Source: Utricularia gibba | Taxonomy: Eukaryota; Plantae; Magnoliophyta | Direction: 5' to 3' | DNA length: 64,000 nucleotides | Assembly (NCBI GenBank): GCA_002189035.1 | Contig: NEEC01000002.1 | Location: 6,510,001 to 6,574,000, forward strand | Shown here: piece after piece, positions 1 through 13,500 of the stretch | How the letters are laid out: each line of letters opens with the position of its first letter | How positions within the stretch are numbered: the stretch's first letter is position 1 | The notes under the pieces: model-generated | Told to the model about the DNA's origin: nothing | Databases searched by the model: none | What the model saw: the letters and a program-made list of their open reading frames with translations, nothing else | Program-made: the position numbers and the translations under genes

Positions 1-396
1 TTTGAGTAAATTTTATGCTGCGGAAATCACTATTAGTAAATTCCATTTCCTTATGGAAACTCAGTAAGGAAAGCCACATTATCATTTTCGGAAATCACTA
101 AAGATGATATTAGAGTATGGTTACAAAAATGCGTTATGGAAAAAGTGAAATTGATAAATATTATAAAAAAAATGTTCACTACTCCAGTAAGAACAGCCTC
201 CGCCATTAAAATTATTGCGGTCGCGGCTCCAAGTCACCGCGCCGCACACACATCCGTGCGTGTGACCGTGTGTCGCCGTCACTCTTGTGGCTGTGACGCC
301 ACTGGCCGCCTCTGGTCGTTCTTCTTCTTTGCAATTCTCGCTGTGTAGGGTGGTTTTGAGTCCCACCGGAGGTGGTTTGGGCGATATTGGAGAAGC

Positions 397-3127
397 ATGT
401 TATCTACGGGTATGGCGGCCGGAGGGTTATTGCTGGTGGCGGCGGTGGCTTCTATGGCTGCCTCCGCTGGCAGGGTCTCTGGTTTCAGTGGTGCTGGTGG
501 GTTTCAGCGCGTGTTCGCACTGGAGAGGACGTATCGGGTTGGAGAAAGAGTGGAGCTTGAGGAGATGAAAGCTCGGGACCGTGCGAGGCACGCGCGGATT
601 TTGCAGGGTTTTTCCCGCGGGATTGTGGATTTTCCGGTCGGGGTAGCGCCGATCCCTACTCTGTTGGGTAACTCTTATGCTAATGTTCATGTGTTGGTTT
701 TCATTGTATAAACGTCTCTATTCACTTGGTTGGTGAATTGAGCCGTTAGCTGCTTGTCGCTTCTTTCTTGGACATTTGATAATGCAGGTCGAAAATTACA
801 ATTAATCTGTCTGCATTTATTGACAAAGGCCTTGATGGATTCTCAATATACAAGCCAAGTGTTGAAACTCATGAGTGCTTTTGTCTTACCCTGATGGCTA
901 ACTGCAGCTTTTTTGTTGCTGTAGGCTTTACTATACGAAGGTAAGATTGGGATCTCCTCCGCAAGAGTTTAGTGTTCAGATTGATACCGGGAGTGACTTT
1001 TTGTGGGTGAAGTGCAATTCATGTAGCAACTGCCCCCGTAACAGTGGATTGGGAGTAAAGTCTCTTACTTTACTTGCTTTTCGCTAGTAAACTTTTGATG
1101 AGCTATCTAACTTAAGTCTGTGTTTTTCTTTAGATTCCAGTTAGCTTCTATGACGCCGGTGCATCTTCCACTGCATCACCAATTTCATGCTATGACAGCA
1201 TATGTAATTCCATTATTCAGCGTTCTTCAGCTGAATGCACTGCCGAGAACAACCAGTGTTCTTTCTCATTTCAATATGGAGATGGAAGCGGGGCTTCTGG
1301 GTCTTATGTATCTGATGTGTTCCATTTTGACACACTTTTGGGCAGCTCATTGGTTGCTAATTCTTCTGCATCTGTTCTTTTTGGGTAGGTATTATTGATT
1401 ATGCGGCTCATTTGTTGTTTTACCAGCATCACCTGCATATTGAAGGATTCCATTAGATATCTTTTCTATCTCTTGATTGTGTATGCTTTTTTTCCTCTAA
1501 CATTCATCATTGTGATTCAGTTTGTTGAAGGATTTCTTTGAATTCATGGAAACAGGTGTGGGACATCTGTATTTGGGGATTTAACTGAATCAATAAGAGC
1601 AGTTGATGGGATATTTGGATTTGGACAGCATAGTCTCTCCGTGATATCACAATTGTCTTCTCGTGGATTAACAGCAAGAGTATTCTCCCACTGCCTGAAT
1701 GGTGAGGGAAATGGCGGGGGAATGCTAATTATTGGCGAGATATCAGATCCAAGCATCATTTATACACCTCTTGTTACTTCAAGGTGCGTAGTTCATGATG
1801 CACCAGAGCTTCTACACTTGTCTCATGTGAGCTTGTCCATTCTTCCATGTAGCTGCATTTTGAACACAGCAAGATGATCGCTTGGAGTTGCCAAACTATA
1901 CTCTGCTTATGCATTTTTAACTGCTTATGTCAGAAACGGAAGTTTTAGACTTCAAGTATCAATGATTTTCATGATATTTCAGGTCTCACTACAACCTGAA
2001 TCTCCAGAGCATTGCCGTCAATGGACAGTCATTACCTATTGATGAAGCAGTGTTTTCGACCTCTGGCAGCCAAGGAACTATTGTTGACTCTGGAACAACT
2101 TTAGCACTCCTTGTTGAAGCAGCATATGATCCACTTGTTGCTGCAGTAAGCATCTCTATCAATAACCGAATTAGTACACTTTGTAGTTATGGTTTCTGAT
2201 GTATACATCTTGCTTGTGCCTCATGCTTTCCTAATGAGTTTTATGCATTTCCGAGGAACTAAAACAACTTTAAACTCATTTCCTGAGGTTTTTGATGCAG
2301 ATAACTGCTGCAGTTGCGCAGTCTGTAAAATCAGTTACTTACAAAGGAAACCAGTGCTATATGCTCTCCACAGGGTCTGTATTCCATTAGATATGAATGC
2401 ATTTTAGCTTCCGCTTGAAAAGACATCATGGTTATTTTTGCTTCCTTGAATAGCATTTCCGAGGTGTTTCCTGCAGTAACTTTGAATTTTGCTGAGGGTG
2501 CATCATTGCTGCTAAGACCAAAAGACTACCTTCTCCCTCCGATCCCATAGTATGCCCCTTGCTCAGTTCCACTCATCTTTACCTAGCAGATGCATATCCT
2601 CATAGTTACCACATGCTCATCCTCATGATATTCTCAGGATGGCACTCCAGTGTGGTGCGTAGGCTTTGTAAAAGTTCCTAATCAAGACACAACAATTCTG
2701 GGAGGTTAGATGAGGCCCCTCCTTGAACATGCACTACAGAGTAAATCCTCTGTTTCACAACTTTAGCTTTGTGTTTTGATGAGTTTCTTCGCATTCATGC
2801 TAGATCTTGTTCTCAAGGATAAAATCATTGTATATGATTTGGCTCGCCAAAGAATAGGATGGGCCGACTTCGATTGTAAGCTCGCTTCTTCTTCCTCAAA
2901 CATTCTACAGGGATACAGTCCCCCCTATCAGCATTAGACCAGAGTGTCACTTTTTGTTCACAGGTTCTTCTGTGAACGTCTCCATAACCTACGGGAGAGA
3001 CGAATTTTTCAACACAGGGCAGCTGAGTGTGAGCCAAAGCTCATCAACACTTCTCCCATTCAAACCATGCGCTTACTACTGCAGCCTCCTACTGCTGCAT
3101 CTACTGGCACTCTCTGTCCATACGTAG
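397..3127 (+). CDS. A1-family aspartic protease (At2g36670/At5g22850-like) with C-terminal hydrophobic anchor; 10 exons; two apparent -1 frameshifts (about 640 and 2535)
   Basis: Exons about 397-667, 925-1054, 1134-1384, 1556-1783, 1983-2145, 2301-2374, 2454-2549, 2638-2704, 2804-2875, 2964-3127, all with GT-AG. Catalytic IDTGSD (exon 2) and VDSGTT (exon 5); [20 protein letters not shown] and [23 protein letters not shown] motifs; N-terminal signal peptide. Confidence 0.93.
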
Positions 3128-3686
3128 TGTTGTAAATCATGCTGCCGATTGCTAGTTTTTAGTTGCAATGCTAACTGCGGAAATCTGGAATTGTAAAGTG
3201 CCTTCTCTATAACAATAAGCTAGATCAATCCACCTCAGTCTGTCTAACTCTGAGATTCCATAGTTCATTTGGGCAAGCCCTGCTTCTAGCAACCAGTCAT
3301 GATCTGAGCCATGGCCAGGCTCATCAGTAAGCTATACAATTCAAACAGAACCTGAAGTATAAGAAAAGCATGTCTACAGAAACCCAAGTTCTGAATCAAA
3401 AGTTCTGAAAAACTGTAAATGAAAACCAAGAGTGAGTATTATTGGAGGAGTAGTATAATCCAAAGTCTTAACCTAAAAGTGAGCTCTCACACACCCTAAC
3501 CCTAAAAACCACAGTACAGTCACACTCACCCCTTGTTAGGCTGTTGACCTAGCTACAGACCAACTCCCCTCTTCGACTTTAGGAGACGTTTGGTTTTGCT
3601 TTTTCTCGAATGTGGAACGGTGGCGATGATGTCGTCTTTAGCAGAAAAAGCAAGAGCAAGCATAACCTACATTTCTAATATGGACA

Positions 3687-4513
3687 TCAGTAGTCGCCAT
3701 TGACGGTTGTTGCTTCACTAGCGCAAGATGGAAGCTGAGGAGGAGGCCAGAAGGCCGGCGGCATGATCATGTTATTGCTGTAGTCGTCCACATTCAGCTC
3801 GAAGCTGCTGCATTCTCTTATTTGGGAGTCGCCGACGATAAGCTTATGGGAGCTTGGAATCGACGTGCTTTCGACCGTCTCCTCGCCGGAAACTTGGTCG
3901 GTGTGTCCGGCGGAGGCTTGCATTTTTGTCACGTGCTCTTTTAAAAGTGCCCTCAATGCCAAGACCTGGACAGATTACACCGTGTTTACCAAGAACCCTA
4001 AAACCAGAAGGAAATGCATTTGAAGAAAAGGATTGGTGTGTAAAATTATGAGTAGAATATGTGTACCTCTTGCTGAAGCCTCTTCTTGTCTCGTGAAACG
4101 GCGTCGTACTCCTGTTTGAGAGCATCGTACAAGTGCTCAAGCTGTTTTCCCTTCCACCGTGCGCGGCGGTTCTGGAACCAAACAGCGATCTGCCGGGGCT
4201 GCAAACCCAGCTCCTTAGCCAGCTTCATTTTCCGATCGGGGTCCAACTTTATCTCCTCCTGAAAGCTATTCTCTAGCAGCTCAAGCTGCTCATTGCTCAG
4301 CCGCTTCTTCTTCAGATCCTGGCCGTAGCTAAACCCCACCCCGCCGCCGCCCTTCTCCATCATCCCCGGCAGCCCCCCTTGATGCGCCGCCGCCTGCTGC
4401 ATTTCCAACAACGCATTACCAGGAAACTGGTCATAGTTGCAGTTGTAGAGGAAGCTGACGGAGCTTTCTTGTCGGGGGATGAACGGAACCCTAAGACCGC
4501 CGCTCCAATCCAT
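3687..4513 (-). CDS. LMI1: HD-Zip class I transcription factor, LMI1/ATHB51-like; 2 exons (4513-4067, 3965-3687)
   Basis: MDW...[12 protein letters not shown]-terminus; homeodomain [39 protein letters not shown] followed by a leucine zipper; [11 protein letters not shown] in exon 2; GAG|GTACAC donor and CCAG|GTC acceptor are in phase. Confidence 0.9.
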
Positions 4514-6090
4514 CAACACGTGTAACGAGAAAGAAACAGACAAACAAAAGAGTACCCCTTTCTTACAAAGTGCTCGTGTTTCAAACTGCGGGTGCAGCTC
4601 ATAAATACTGCGAACACTCCCACGCGGAAACGAAAGGGTATTATTAAATACGCGCCTCCATTCCATAACACACGTACACCTCTTTTTTGTTTTTTCCTCA
4701 ACAAATATTTTATCAACTTCAATCATTGCATAGCTTGTAAGATCAATTTATTACCATTTTAGTCTATTATCATTTAATTTTACAATTAATACACTTTAAC
4801 TCATTTTTACCAATAACCTTTGTTTGAAAATCAAAATTTAAAGGATGAGTATTCGAAGTTTTTGAAGTTCAAAATAACAAATAACAATCGTCTTGCACAA
4901 TATTGTACATTTTAGATATTTAAATTTTATAACTTTACATTTCTACTATCTTCATGGTGTTTTTCCAAAAGATTATTCATTCTCAAACTACCCCATATCA
5001 AATATGGTTAATTTTGGATTTTATATCAATAATCTTTCTTTGTGTTGTAGAATGTCTTGTACAATATTTACATGATCATTTTATTTAATGTCATCTTCTT
5101 TATTTAAAATCAATGTAAAATTTACCTAGGGTTCTTTCACTCTTTCTCGAATGGGATATCCCACAAAACCGATGCAAATTTTGAATTTTGAATGATGTTC
5201 CTGAAAATTTTTTAAATCTATTTTACTTTTAAAAAATAAAAATTATTTTTTTACACAATACAAGTTATTTTTACTTCCAATTGTGTGGAATATATTTTTA
5301 TTTTAGATTGAATGATGCAGACTAAAATTAAATGTTAGCTATTTATTACTTTTGAAATACATTTTTTAAAATTTATTTCTATTTATTTTTGAATGTTTCC
5401 AGACACATACTCAAATCTATTTTTCAAACACACTGATTTAGTAATGAAACTCTCTCCAACCTTGAAGTTATCTCAAACAAGTTGCTTGAGACACTAATTG
5501 TACTATCCAAGTACTGGTGTTTAGACCTTTGACTTGTAACAACAAGACAATACCTATGTTTTCAAGATTCAAATTTCATGGTGGGAACTTTTTGAAATAC
5601 AAAAAGAGCACATGTCATACATTGACTATGCTATGTGACCACATACCATTGATGCCTTAAAATGCAAAACCATACAATAAAACAAATACAAATCTCTTTA
5701 ATTTTTTTTACCAAAATCAAGCTTCTTGAGAGTAAAATAGCGTTAAAATATTAGGTTAAGGGTTAATTTGGTAAGATATGAAATCTTACATTATGTCAAA
5801 TAACATATGCTAGTTATCAATAATATAATTTAATTAATAAGTAAATTAATTTTATACTGAAATACAAACTCATATTTTATATAGATATAATTAATCATAT
5901 AATATAAAAAAGATAATATTATCTTTTCAACTCTCAATTTTATTTTTTTTATCAAAAAATTTATTCTTAACTTTTAAAAATTCATAAATATTCTCTTAAA
6001 CTTCCAAGTAAAAAGTTTCAAAATTCTGAACAATGAAATCTTCAGTAATATTTTATAAATAACCATAAAATAATCTTTATTTAAATAAAG

Positions 6091-6092
<2 letters not shown>

Positions 6093-6122
<30 letters not shown>
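6093..6122. repeat. (TA)15 microsatellite
   Basis: Direct reading of the sequence. Confidence 0.95.
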
Positions 6123-6124
<2 letters not shown>

Positions 6125-6478
6125 GTTTTGTAAATTAGAAGTTTCTAGGCCTAACTGTCCCCTTGGCTTAGGGGTGTGTCATCACCCCCACCCGCCCCCG
6201 AACGGGTCAGAGTAATGTGCTGGACAACAAGCAACAATGGCGTTTATTATTATTATTTAAATGGAAATATAAAAATAGGAGTAGAATAGGCGCCGATCCC
6301 TATGCTGATGTGCTGGGGGTTGGCGTTGGAAGTTTTGAGGGTTTCATTCCCTAGGGGAGGGCGCACCTTATGCCACAAAATAGATTTCAATATTCACATT
6401 GGATTCCATGCCTACACTTATTGTGGATAGAGAGAGCCCAAGCAACTAACAATGCATCAACTCGCTCCTCATCCTGGT

Positions 6479-6480
6479 AA

Positions 6481-6511
<31 letters not shown>

Positions 6512-6519
6512 CACACACA
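6479..6519. repeat. Compound A19-(CA)11 microsatellite
   Basis: Direct reading of the sequence. Confidence 0.95.
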
Positions 6520-7817
6520 TAGAATGCCTTATCTTAGTCCCATGATAGATAGCCTCAAATCTGTGCTTACAAGAAAAACACATGTTAGAACAAACAATTT
6601 CATATGCAATACGTCATATATATAAAAGATTATGAATCAATATTAATTAATTTAAATATGATCCATATTTGAGGTGTATTTGATTTTCATATATATGTTT
6701 GCCAAATTATTGAACTCTTAATATCAATATGGTATAAGAGCGCTTACCTTTGCACCAGGATTTCAATACCCAATACGAATTTTATTTTAATCTAAATTTA
6801 AATAGAAAAAATTCTTAACTGTATCAAGATTAGTTTGATGGATGATAGATATTAGAGAAAATAATCTTATATTGAAAGATTAAAATTCTATAATCAAATA
6901 TATAAAAAATTACAAGTACAAATGTTACTACTAGATAGTTGGTTGATTATCAGTACATCCCCATGGTGTCGGAACAAGGGGTTCGGTATCGGACTTGCAG
7001 AGGGAGTCTTATTACAAGGAGTGGAGTGTCATGTCATGGCGTGCCCGTGTGATGAATGCAGTAAGGAAATGATTTTGAAGGGGGCTGCGAGAGAAAATAA
7101 GATGAAGTCATTAAGAGCAGCATGAATGATGGTGCAAGTACGAGCCGAAGAGCAGTAACTGCTGGTTCCTTCAAGGCGTGCTCTCCCCTCCCTGCATCTG
7201 CATTCATCGCTCATAAATGGAATCTTCATCTCCTAGCCCCGATTCTATGGCTTACCGCGAGGTCAAAACTCTTCAATAACTACTCACTTCCCGAACCCAA
7301 CTTCGCGTTTAAAGTAAAATTATCTTATACTGTGCATCTTCAGTCCTGGATGACAGCAATGAAGATGGGGTTGGTTGATGAACCGAACCGAACCAACTCA
7401 GTACAGACATGTTCTTTAAAACTACGCATTCAATCGCCTCAATGTACACAGGGAAGCAATCCCCAACTCGTACCGGGATGGCGGCATCGAACCCATAATC
7501 AGATTCTGCTATTAGAATGCGACATTGCTTACCGTTCTGCGATGCGCAAAAACTTGCAAGGGGAGGGAGAGGAGGAGCAGCCATTAAGTTGGGTCTACAG
7601 CTGCGGAGGCGTAGAGTCTATGGCGTCTACGTTTGTAGCGTGGAGGAAAAATGTAATCAAGATGAAGGCAACCGGTACCCGACTAACCGCATCTACGGTG
7701 GCGGCATTCATTTCCTCCAAACCCCAACACAGCACCGACCAACGCTTTTATTCTACCTGCTTGAAGCAGTTGCCTCTGAGTTCTGGTGAAAAGGAAAGGA
7801 ATGGGTCGAGGAGGATA

Positions 7818-7889
7818 GGCCCATCGGGCCTGTTGTTTTATTGTTGAGTGGAATAATGTTATGCTGCATGTTGGGCTTTAGCAGGCCCA
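7818..7889. promoter_or_regulatory. Cluster of three site II (TGGGCY) elements
   Basis: GGCCCA 7818-7823, TGGGCT 7872-7877, GGCCCA 7884-7889. Site II elements are TCP-bound motifs of plant housekeeping and proliferation promoters; function here is inferred. Confidence 0.5.
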
Positions 7890-8418
7890 ATAACATATTC
7901 CCGATAAATCCGATACAAATTCACCTGTTTTTTTTAATTTTAATAATAAATATTTAATCATTTAATTAACTAATCAAAACATTAATACATTCAATTGATT
8001 TTATTATATTTTTCATTTATTTTTATCTTGAATAAGTGATAATCATCCATCGATTATTATTGTTATCTGTCATTAAAAGTTCGACAATTATCACTCATCG
8101 TTTATCAATTTAATTTTTGTTTGTTTTTTATAAATATTTAATTTTCTATTAAAATTATTTTATTTTAATATTTTAAAAAATAATATATATAATTTAAATA
8201 TTATAAATTAAAATTATACATCATAATCAACGAATCCACATACCGCACCTATATATCCAAGGGATAAATACAAAACGGTTCCTCAAAATTTGAAATGTAA
8301 AACATATCTTTATTTGGATATATTCCTAAAAATAGGGGTGACATATTTGTAATCATATGACAGTTTTGGAAAGTGGGATAATACGAAAGATTTGCAGCGA
8401 ATGTGCTAACTACTACAG

Positions 8419-10510
8419 TTAGGACAAGGCATCCTCAGTGCATGCTCCCCCAGGAGATGGAGACACAGAGTGGTCTCTTGATTCATCCTCGGCCACCGGC
8501 GACTGTTCCACTCCGACCTCCTCAATCATCCTCACAACTTCGCCCATCGTCGGCCGGTTTTCTGGGTTCGCCGCCACGCAGGCCATTGCAACGTGCAGCA
8601 TCGAGACGAGCTCTTCTTCGATGTTGGTGAACCGCAGCAGCTCTCGATCAAAGACCTCCCCTGTCCACTCATCCCTCACCATGGATCGCACCCAACCGGG
8701 TAGATCCTCATGTTCTGAGCAAGCTTTTCCGGTGAGGACTTCAAGCAACACTACACCGAAGCTGTAAACGTCTGCCCTTTGTGATAGCTTCTTGATCTCT
8801 GCCTGCTCTGGTGCTCTGTATCCCCTCAATCTTTCTATGGCGTGAGTGGGGTTGAGGAGGAGGGCGAGCCCGAAATCGGATATTCGAGCGGTACCGTTCT
8901 TGTCGAGGAGAATGTTGGAGGATTTCACGTTGCCGTGAGGGATTCCTGAGCCTGAATACTCCTGGTGGATCTTTGCTAGACCGCGGGATATGCCAAGAAT
9001 CATGCTGATTCTGGTTGTCCAGTCTAGTGGGATTCTTCCTGTTCCTCTGGAACCTGAATATATCAACAAAAACTGTTAAGTTTAGTTTTCATGTACAGGA
9101 TGTTGGTGTTTATTGGTTCCACTCACTTTGAAGAAGCGAATGCAAGCTTCCATTGGGGAGATAGTCGTAGATCAGCAGCTTTTCTTCTCTGGTGTAGTAA
9201 AAAGCTCTGAACTTGACAACATTCGGGTGCCTCAGGTTCCCGATGATTTCCATGTACTGTTCAAAGTCTTTTCTCGAACAGGGATTCGAATCTTTTAGCC
9301 GTTTCACCGCCACGGTATCGCCGTCGTGGAGGACTGCTCGGTACACCGTTCCTAAGCTTCCTTTTCCCAACATCTCAGCCGATGCACGGAGGAGATCCTC
9401 CAATTCAAATGCTGTTGTTCTGTCAAAGAACACGAGCTTCCCTTTCTCTGTTGCATTCGCCATTGGGACGTTCCCTGCCGCGGCGATAACCCGTCTTCCG
9501 CCGCCGGAGGAAGTGCTTCTCTTCCCGCTTTCAGTCTCCGCCACCGCTGAATTCGTGTCGCAGAACAATCTCCGGCAACAGCAAGTGAATGTGACAAACA
9601 CCAGAAGAAAAAGGAGAACAGAGTTCACCACAATGATAGTAACTACTACTCTGTTTCTTAGTTTTCTGTGATTGGTGTAAGGAGAGTGTTGAACTGGAGG
9701 GGGAGAAATAGAATTCGAGGATAGGGTTTCAGAGGATGCCGGCGCCGGCGCCGGCGTATTGTTCTTGAAAACAGAGCAACTGGGAAATGGGTTGTTTCCA
9801 CAGAGCCCTTTATTGCCGACAAAGCTACCTCTACCGTATCGGAAAATCAAGCGCCATGGAAGCGGCCCTGACAATTCATTGTTCGATAAGTTCAGATACC
9901 GAAGATGTGGAAGATACTCGATTGAGCTCGGAATGCCCCCTGAAATTTCATTGTTTTGCAATTGGAGAGTTATCAAGTTCTTCAGTGTAGCAATCTCCGT
10001 CGGAATCGGTCCCCGGAGATTGTTATTCGACAAATCAATAAGAAGCAGATGTTGCAGAGAGGATATCTCCGGCGGGACCTGCCCAGAGAAGTCGTTCCCA
10101 GAGAGATAAATGAGCTTCAGATTTAAGCAATTGATGATCGGAAAAAGGGTGCCGTTCAGACGATTGCCACGGAGATCAAGGAATCGGAGCTGGCTAAGAG
10201 AGGAGATAGCGCTGATTGGGCCGCGCAGGTTGAGCGCAGGGAGACTCAAACCAGTGACACGGCGGTTGGTACATTCCACCCCCACCCAATAAGCAGAGCA
10301 GGCGGCGGTAACCGCCGTCCAGTTGGAGGTGAGGACGCCGTGGGGGTCCGCCTGAGAACGGAAAAGAGAAAGGGCAGCGGTGTCATCAGCCTCGGAAAGT
10401 AAACGGCGGTGATTTATCAGAGGTGAAGTAACGAGGAACAAAAAGCACCTGAACCAGAAGCCTTCCATGACGAAGACCCCAAGCACATGAATATTTCTAA
10501 AGCCCTTCAT
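8419..10510 (-). CDS. LRR receptor-like kinase, LRR-III type (At1g68400-like); 2 exons (10510-9127, 9053-8419)
   Basis: LRRNT cysteine pair, LxLxxNxLxGxIP repeats, transmembrane helix, [43 protein letters not shown] and GYRAPE. Confidence 0.95.
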
Positions 10511-13500
10511 TTTCCAATTGAATATTAATATTTCAAAATATTTTAAAGCTTAAATTCTGAAAAGAATAAAAAGAATTTCAAACCGGTCAAAAGAGTGAAA
10601 CCATTAAAAGAAGGCCAAAAAAAGCGTTGGACTTATTGGCAGGGGAAGAAAAGAGCACCTCGGTGTAATTTCCTTTCTCCTTTTTAATAAACAATTTAGA
10701 GGTGTTTGTTTGACAAGATGATTTAACGGTTTAAATATTCGTGTTTTGATAACAATATATGTTTCGTATACTAGTTAAAATAACATACGAGTGCTTTATA
10801 AAACTACTATAAACTAAAATAATGTTTTGGAAAATTTTTGAAAACTATTTTTACTTTTCGAAATTATTTTAGAAAAATAGAAATAATCAATTTTTTATTT
10901 TTTTAAAAATAGTTTTAATAATATAATTTTAAAATTATTTTTGATAAAATTAATTTTACAATTAAAAATATTTTAGAACAAAATTCTTTTTATTTTTGAA
11001 AAATATAAATAGATTTTAAAAATTTTGTAAGACACTAATTAAATATTTGAAAACCCATCTTTTAGTTAATTTTGTTAAACAATTCAATTTAAGAAATATT
11101 TATTTTAAACACATTTACCAAATATAATATTATATATTATTAATTATGTTATCCTACAAAAATGATCTTACAATAACTATTTAAGTAAATTTGACATAAT
11201 CATGATTAAATCTATTTATATTAAGGTTTACAATATTTACTATTATCCTTAGTAGGTTATTAATTTGCTAAATAAAGGTGTGCTTCTAGTGGTCCGGACG
11301 TGATTGCCTCATTCGGTCACACCTTCTAGATAATTCACATGCGCTTTCTTGGTAAATCTGGAACAGTCAAAATGTGAATTTATTTATCCTCATAATATTT
11401 TCTTTTTTACCCACTGAGAAAAAAAAAATGTTTAAAAAAAGTAGTAGTGATTGATTGATTATAAAGGTTCGTACTTGTATTTGCAAGATTCCACTGTAAA
11501 AAGCAGGCTTTTTTACCCTATAACTTTACTTCACCTACGAAGTTCTCTGTCCCTATGTTACCATGTTACCTGTCACGGTAAAAAAATAAATGCCAAATTC
11601 CAAACACATATTTGTCTTCTTATTAAAAAAAACAGAACCAGCTGATTAATTCATTTTTTATTTTTTTCCAAAAAAATATTTTAGAGATATTATTAATATC
11701 ATAATTTAAAAACTTTAATGCCAGGCTATCATCTTGTGCTCATTTTTCCTGATTTGTACATAAAGCTTTCACTTTATGTGACACCGAAGACTAACTCGTC
11801 TTGGAATTCATTGTGACTTTGTTCGAATAATTTTCGAATAAAAAATAAACCTTATTGTATGAAATTTACAATAGTAATCAAATGTCAAGATCCATACTTA
11901 TTTTATAGGATATTGTATATTTCGAACATCAAACTTTTATGATTTTACGTTTTACTGTTATAAATTTAAAAATTTCATATAAAATTACTCTATTTACTTA
12001 TGTTTCTTCTTTCGTTCGAAATTAATGTAAAATAATTTTAATATACTCTTAGACTTATATTAAAATAGTAATTAAATAGAAGAATTATTCTAATTTTGAT
12101 TTGAAATAGCGTTCACATGGGAAAAAATCAACCATATGATTTTTATACAAGTGCCCGGTCAACAATGGAAACCTGACGGAAAATTTAGATTTTTTTAAAA
12201 AATAACCACATAAAAAAAAAGAGAAGTTTCCATTGCCTATTCTCAAATGGGCCTGGATTTTGAAATTAAACACGTGGACGGCGTCCGTTGGGCCCAGCTA
12301 CATCGAACCGTACGAATTTGACGTGGTTTTTGCTGTCGCATTTTACATCCTTAATAAACAAAACTGTATTTTAAATTTAGAAGTAAAATTAATTAAATGG
12401 CAGTTTCGTACGGCAATGCCCACTTCAACGAAAAAAATGCATTTTATTATTATAATTCTATAATATTAGATTTGTTTTTATTCCTTAATACAGAAAGAAA
12501 AATGGGGCTCCAGGCATTCCAATTTAAATGAAATAAAAAATGCCATGATAATTGCGAACATTAGACGCTAAGTAGGACATCATAATTGTGCAATCCACAA
12601 TAAGTGTCATAATAATAGCACTTTACTCCATTCTATAATCACCATCTTCGCAATCCCCAATATTTAATACCCCATTCTATTTAAAAAAAACTCAAGATTA
12701 TCTTTTAATTTATAACTCCAATTTAATTATTATAATTATTCACGTCATAAAGAGTAATAAAATCATCATTCCTCACCATTTTTGGGCAATTCACAAAATT
12801 AGACATCGAATTGGCCTGCAAAATCAGTAGTTATTCAAAGTTATTTTTCTAAAAAAATGTACAAGCAAAAGTCATCACTTGAAATCAATATTTTAAATTT
12901 AGAATTTTAGATTTTTTTTTACGAAATTAGGATTTTGCTTTAAATGCGATATTTATTTTTTACAGTTCACCACCAGTAAAAAGAAATTTCCTATTGGGTG
13001 ATTTTGAAATTTGAATGCTATAAAAAATATACAATAAAAAAGTAATGTTTTGCATTTAATATTGTGCAGCAGTACTTGAGAAAAAAAAGTAATTTTTTAA
13101 TATTTTTATTTCTAGCTAATTGAGAGAAAAAGAAACCCAATAGCGATAGCACGTGCCCCCTCCAATTATTATTGTACACGCAATAGTATGTGTTTTTGAA
13201 ATAAATTATATTTATTAAAAAATATTTTGAAAATATATTTAAATCACCATCGACTTTTAATTAAAAATATTAGAAAGATTTATTATTTTAAAAAGCTAAA
13301 TAATTTCAAATATATATGAAAATCAATTCTAAAAAAATAAATTTCAAAAAAATCATTTTAATTTTGAGTATTACATATTAAATATTGTTTCTAAAATGGA
13401 CGGATTGTATAATGCTTAAAATGCATTAAAAGAATATTTAATATAATTAATTATTAATAAATACCGGCACGGATACCCCAAACGGCGCTTGTTAGGTGAA

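Noticed and set aside
3492-3510. ACCCTAACCCTAAA telomere-like sequence
   Set aside because: Only two imperfect units; telo-box-like at most, not an interstitial telomeric array.
4397-4419. Possible 23- or 26-nt GT-AG mini-intron in LMI1
   Set aside because: Far below plant intron size, and removal would shift the frame.
4514-4726. N-terminal extension of the 226-aa HD-Zip ORF in the track
   Set aside because: Upstream of the family-typical MDW start, has no ATG start, and has promoter/UTR composition.
7185-7206. Partial miR535/156-like match (GAGAGCACGC)
   Set aside because: Only about 13 of 21 positions match and there is no supporting hairpin.
7122-7847. 241-aa plus-strand ORF
   Set aside because: No recognizable domain, and the promoter and splice signals point to the opposite strand.
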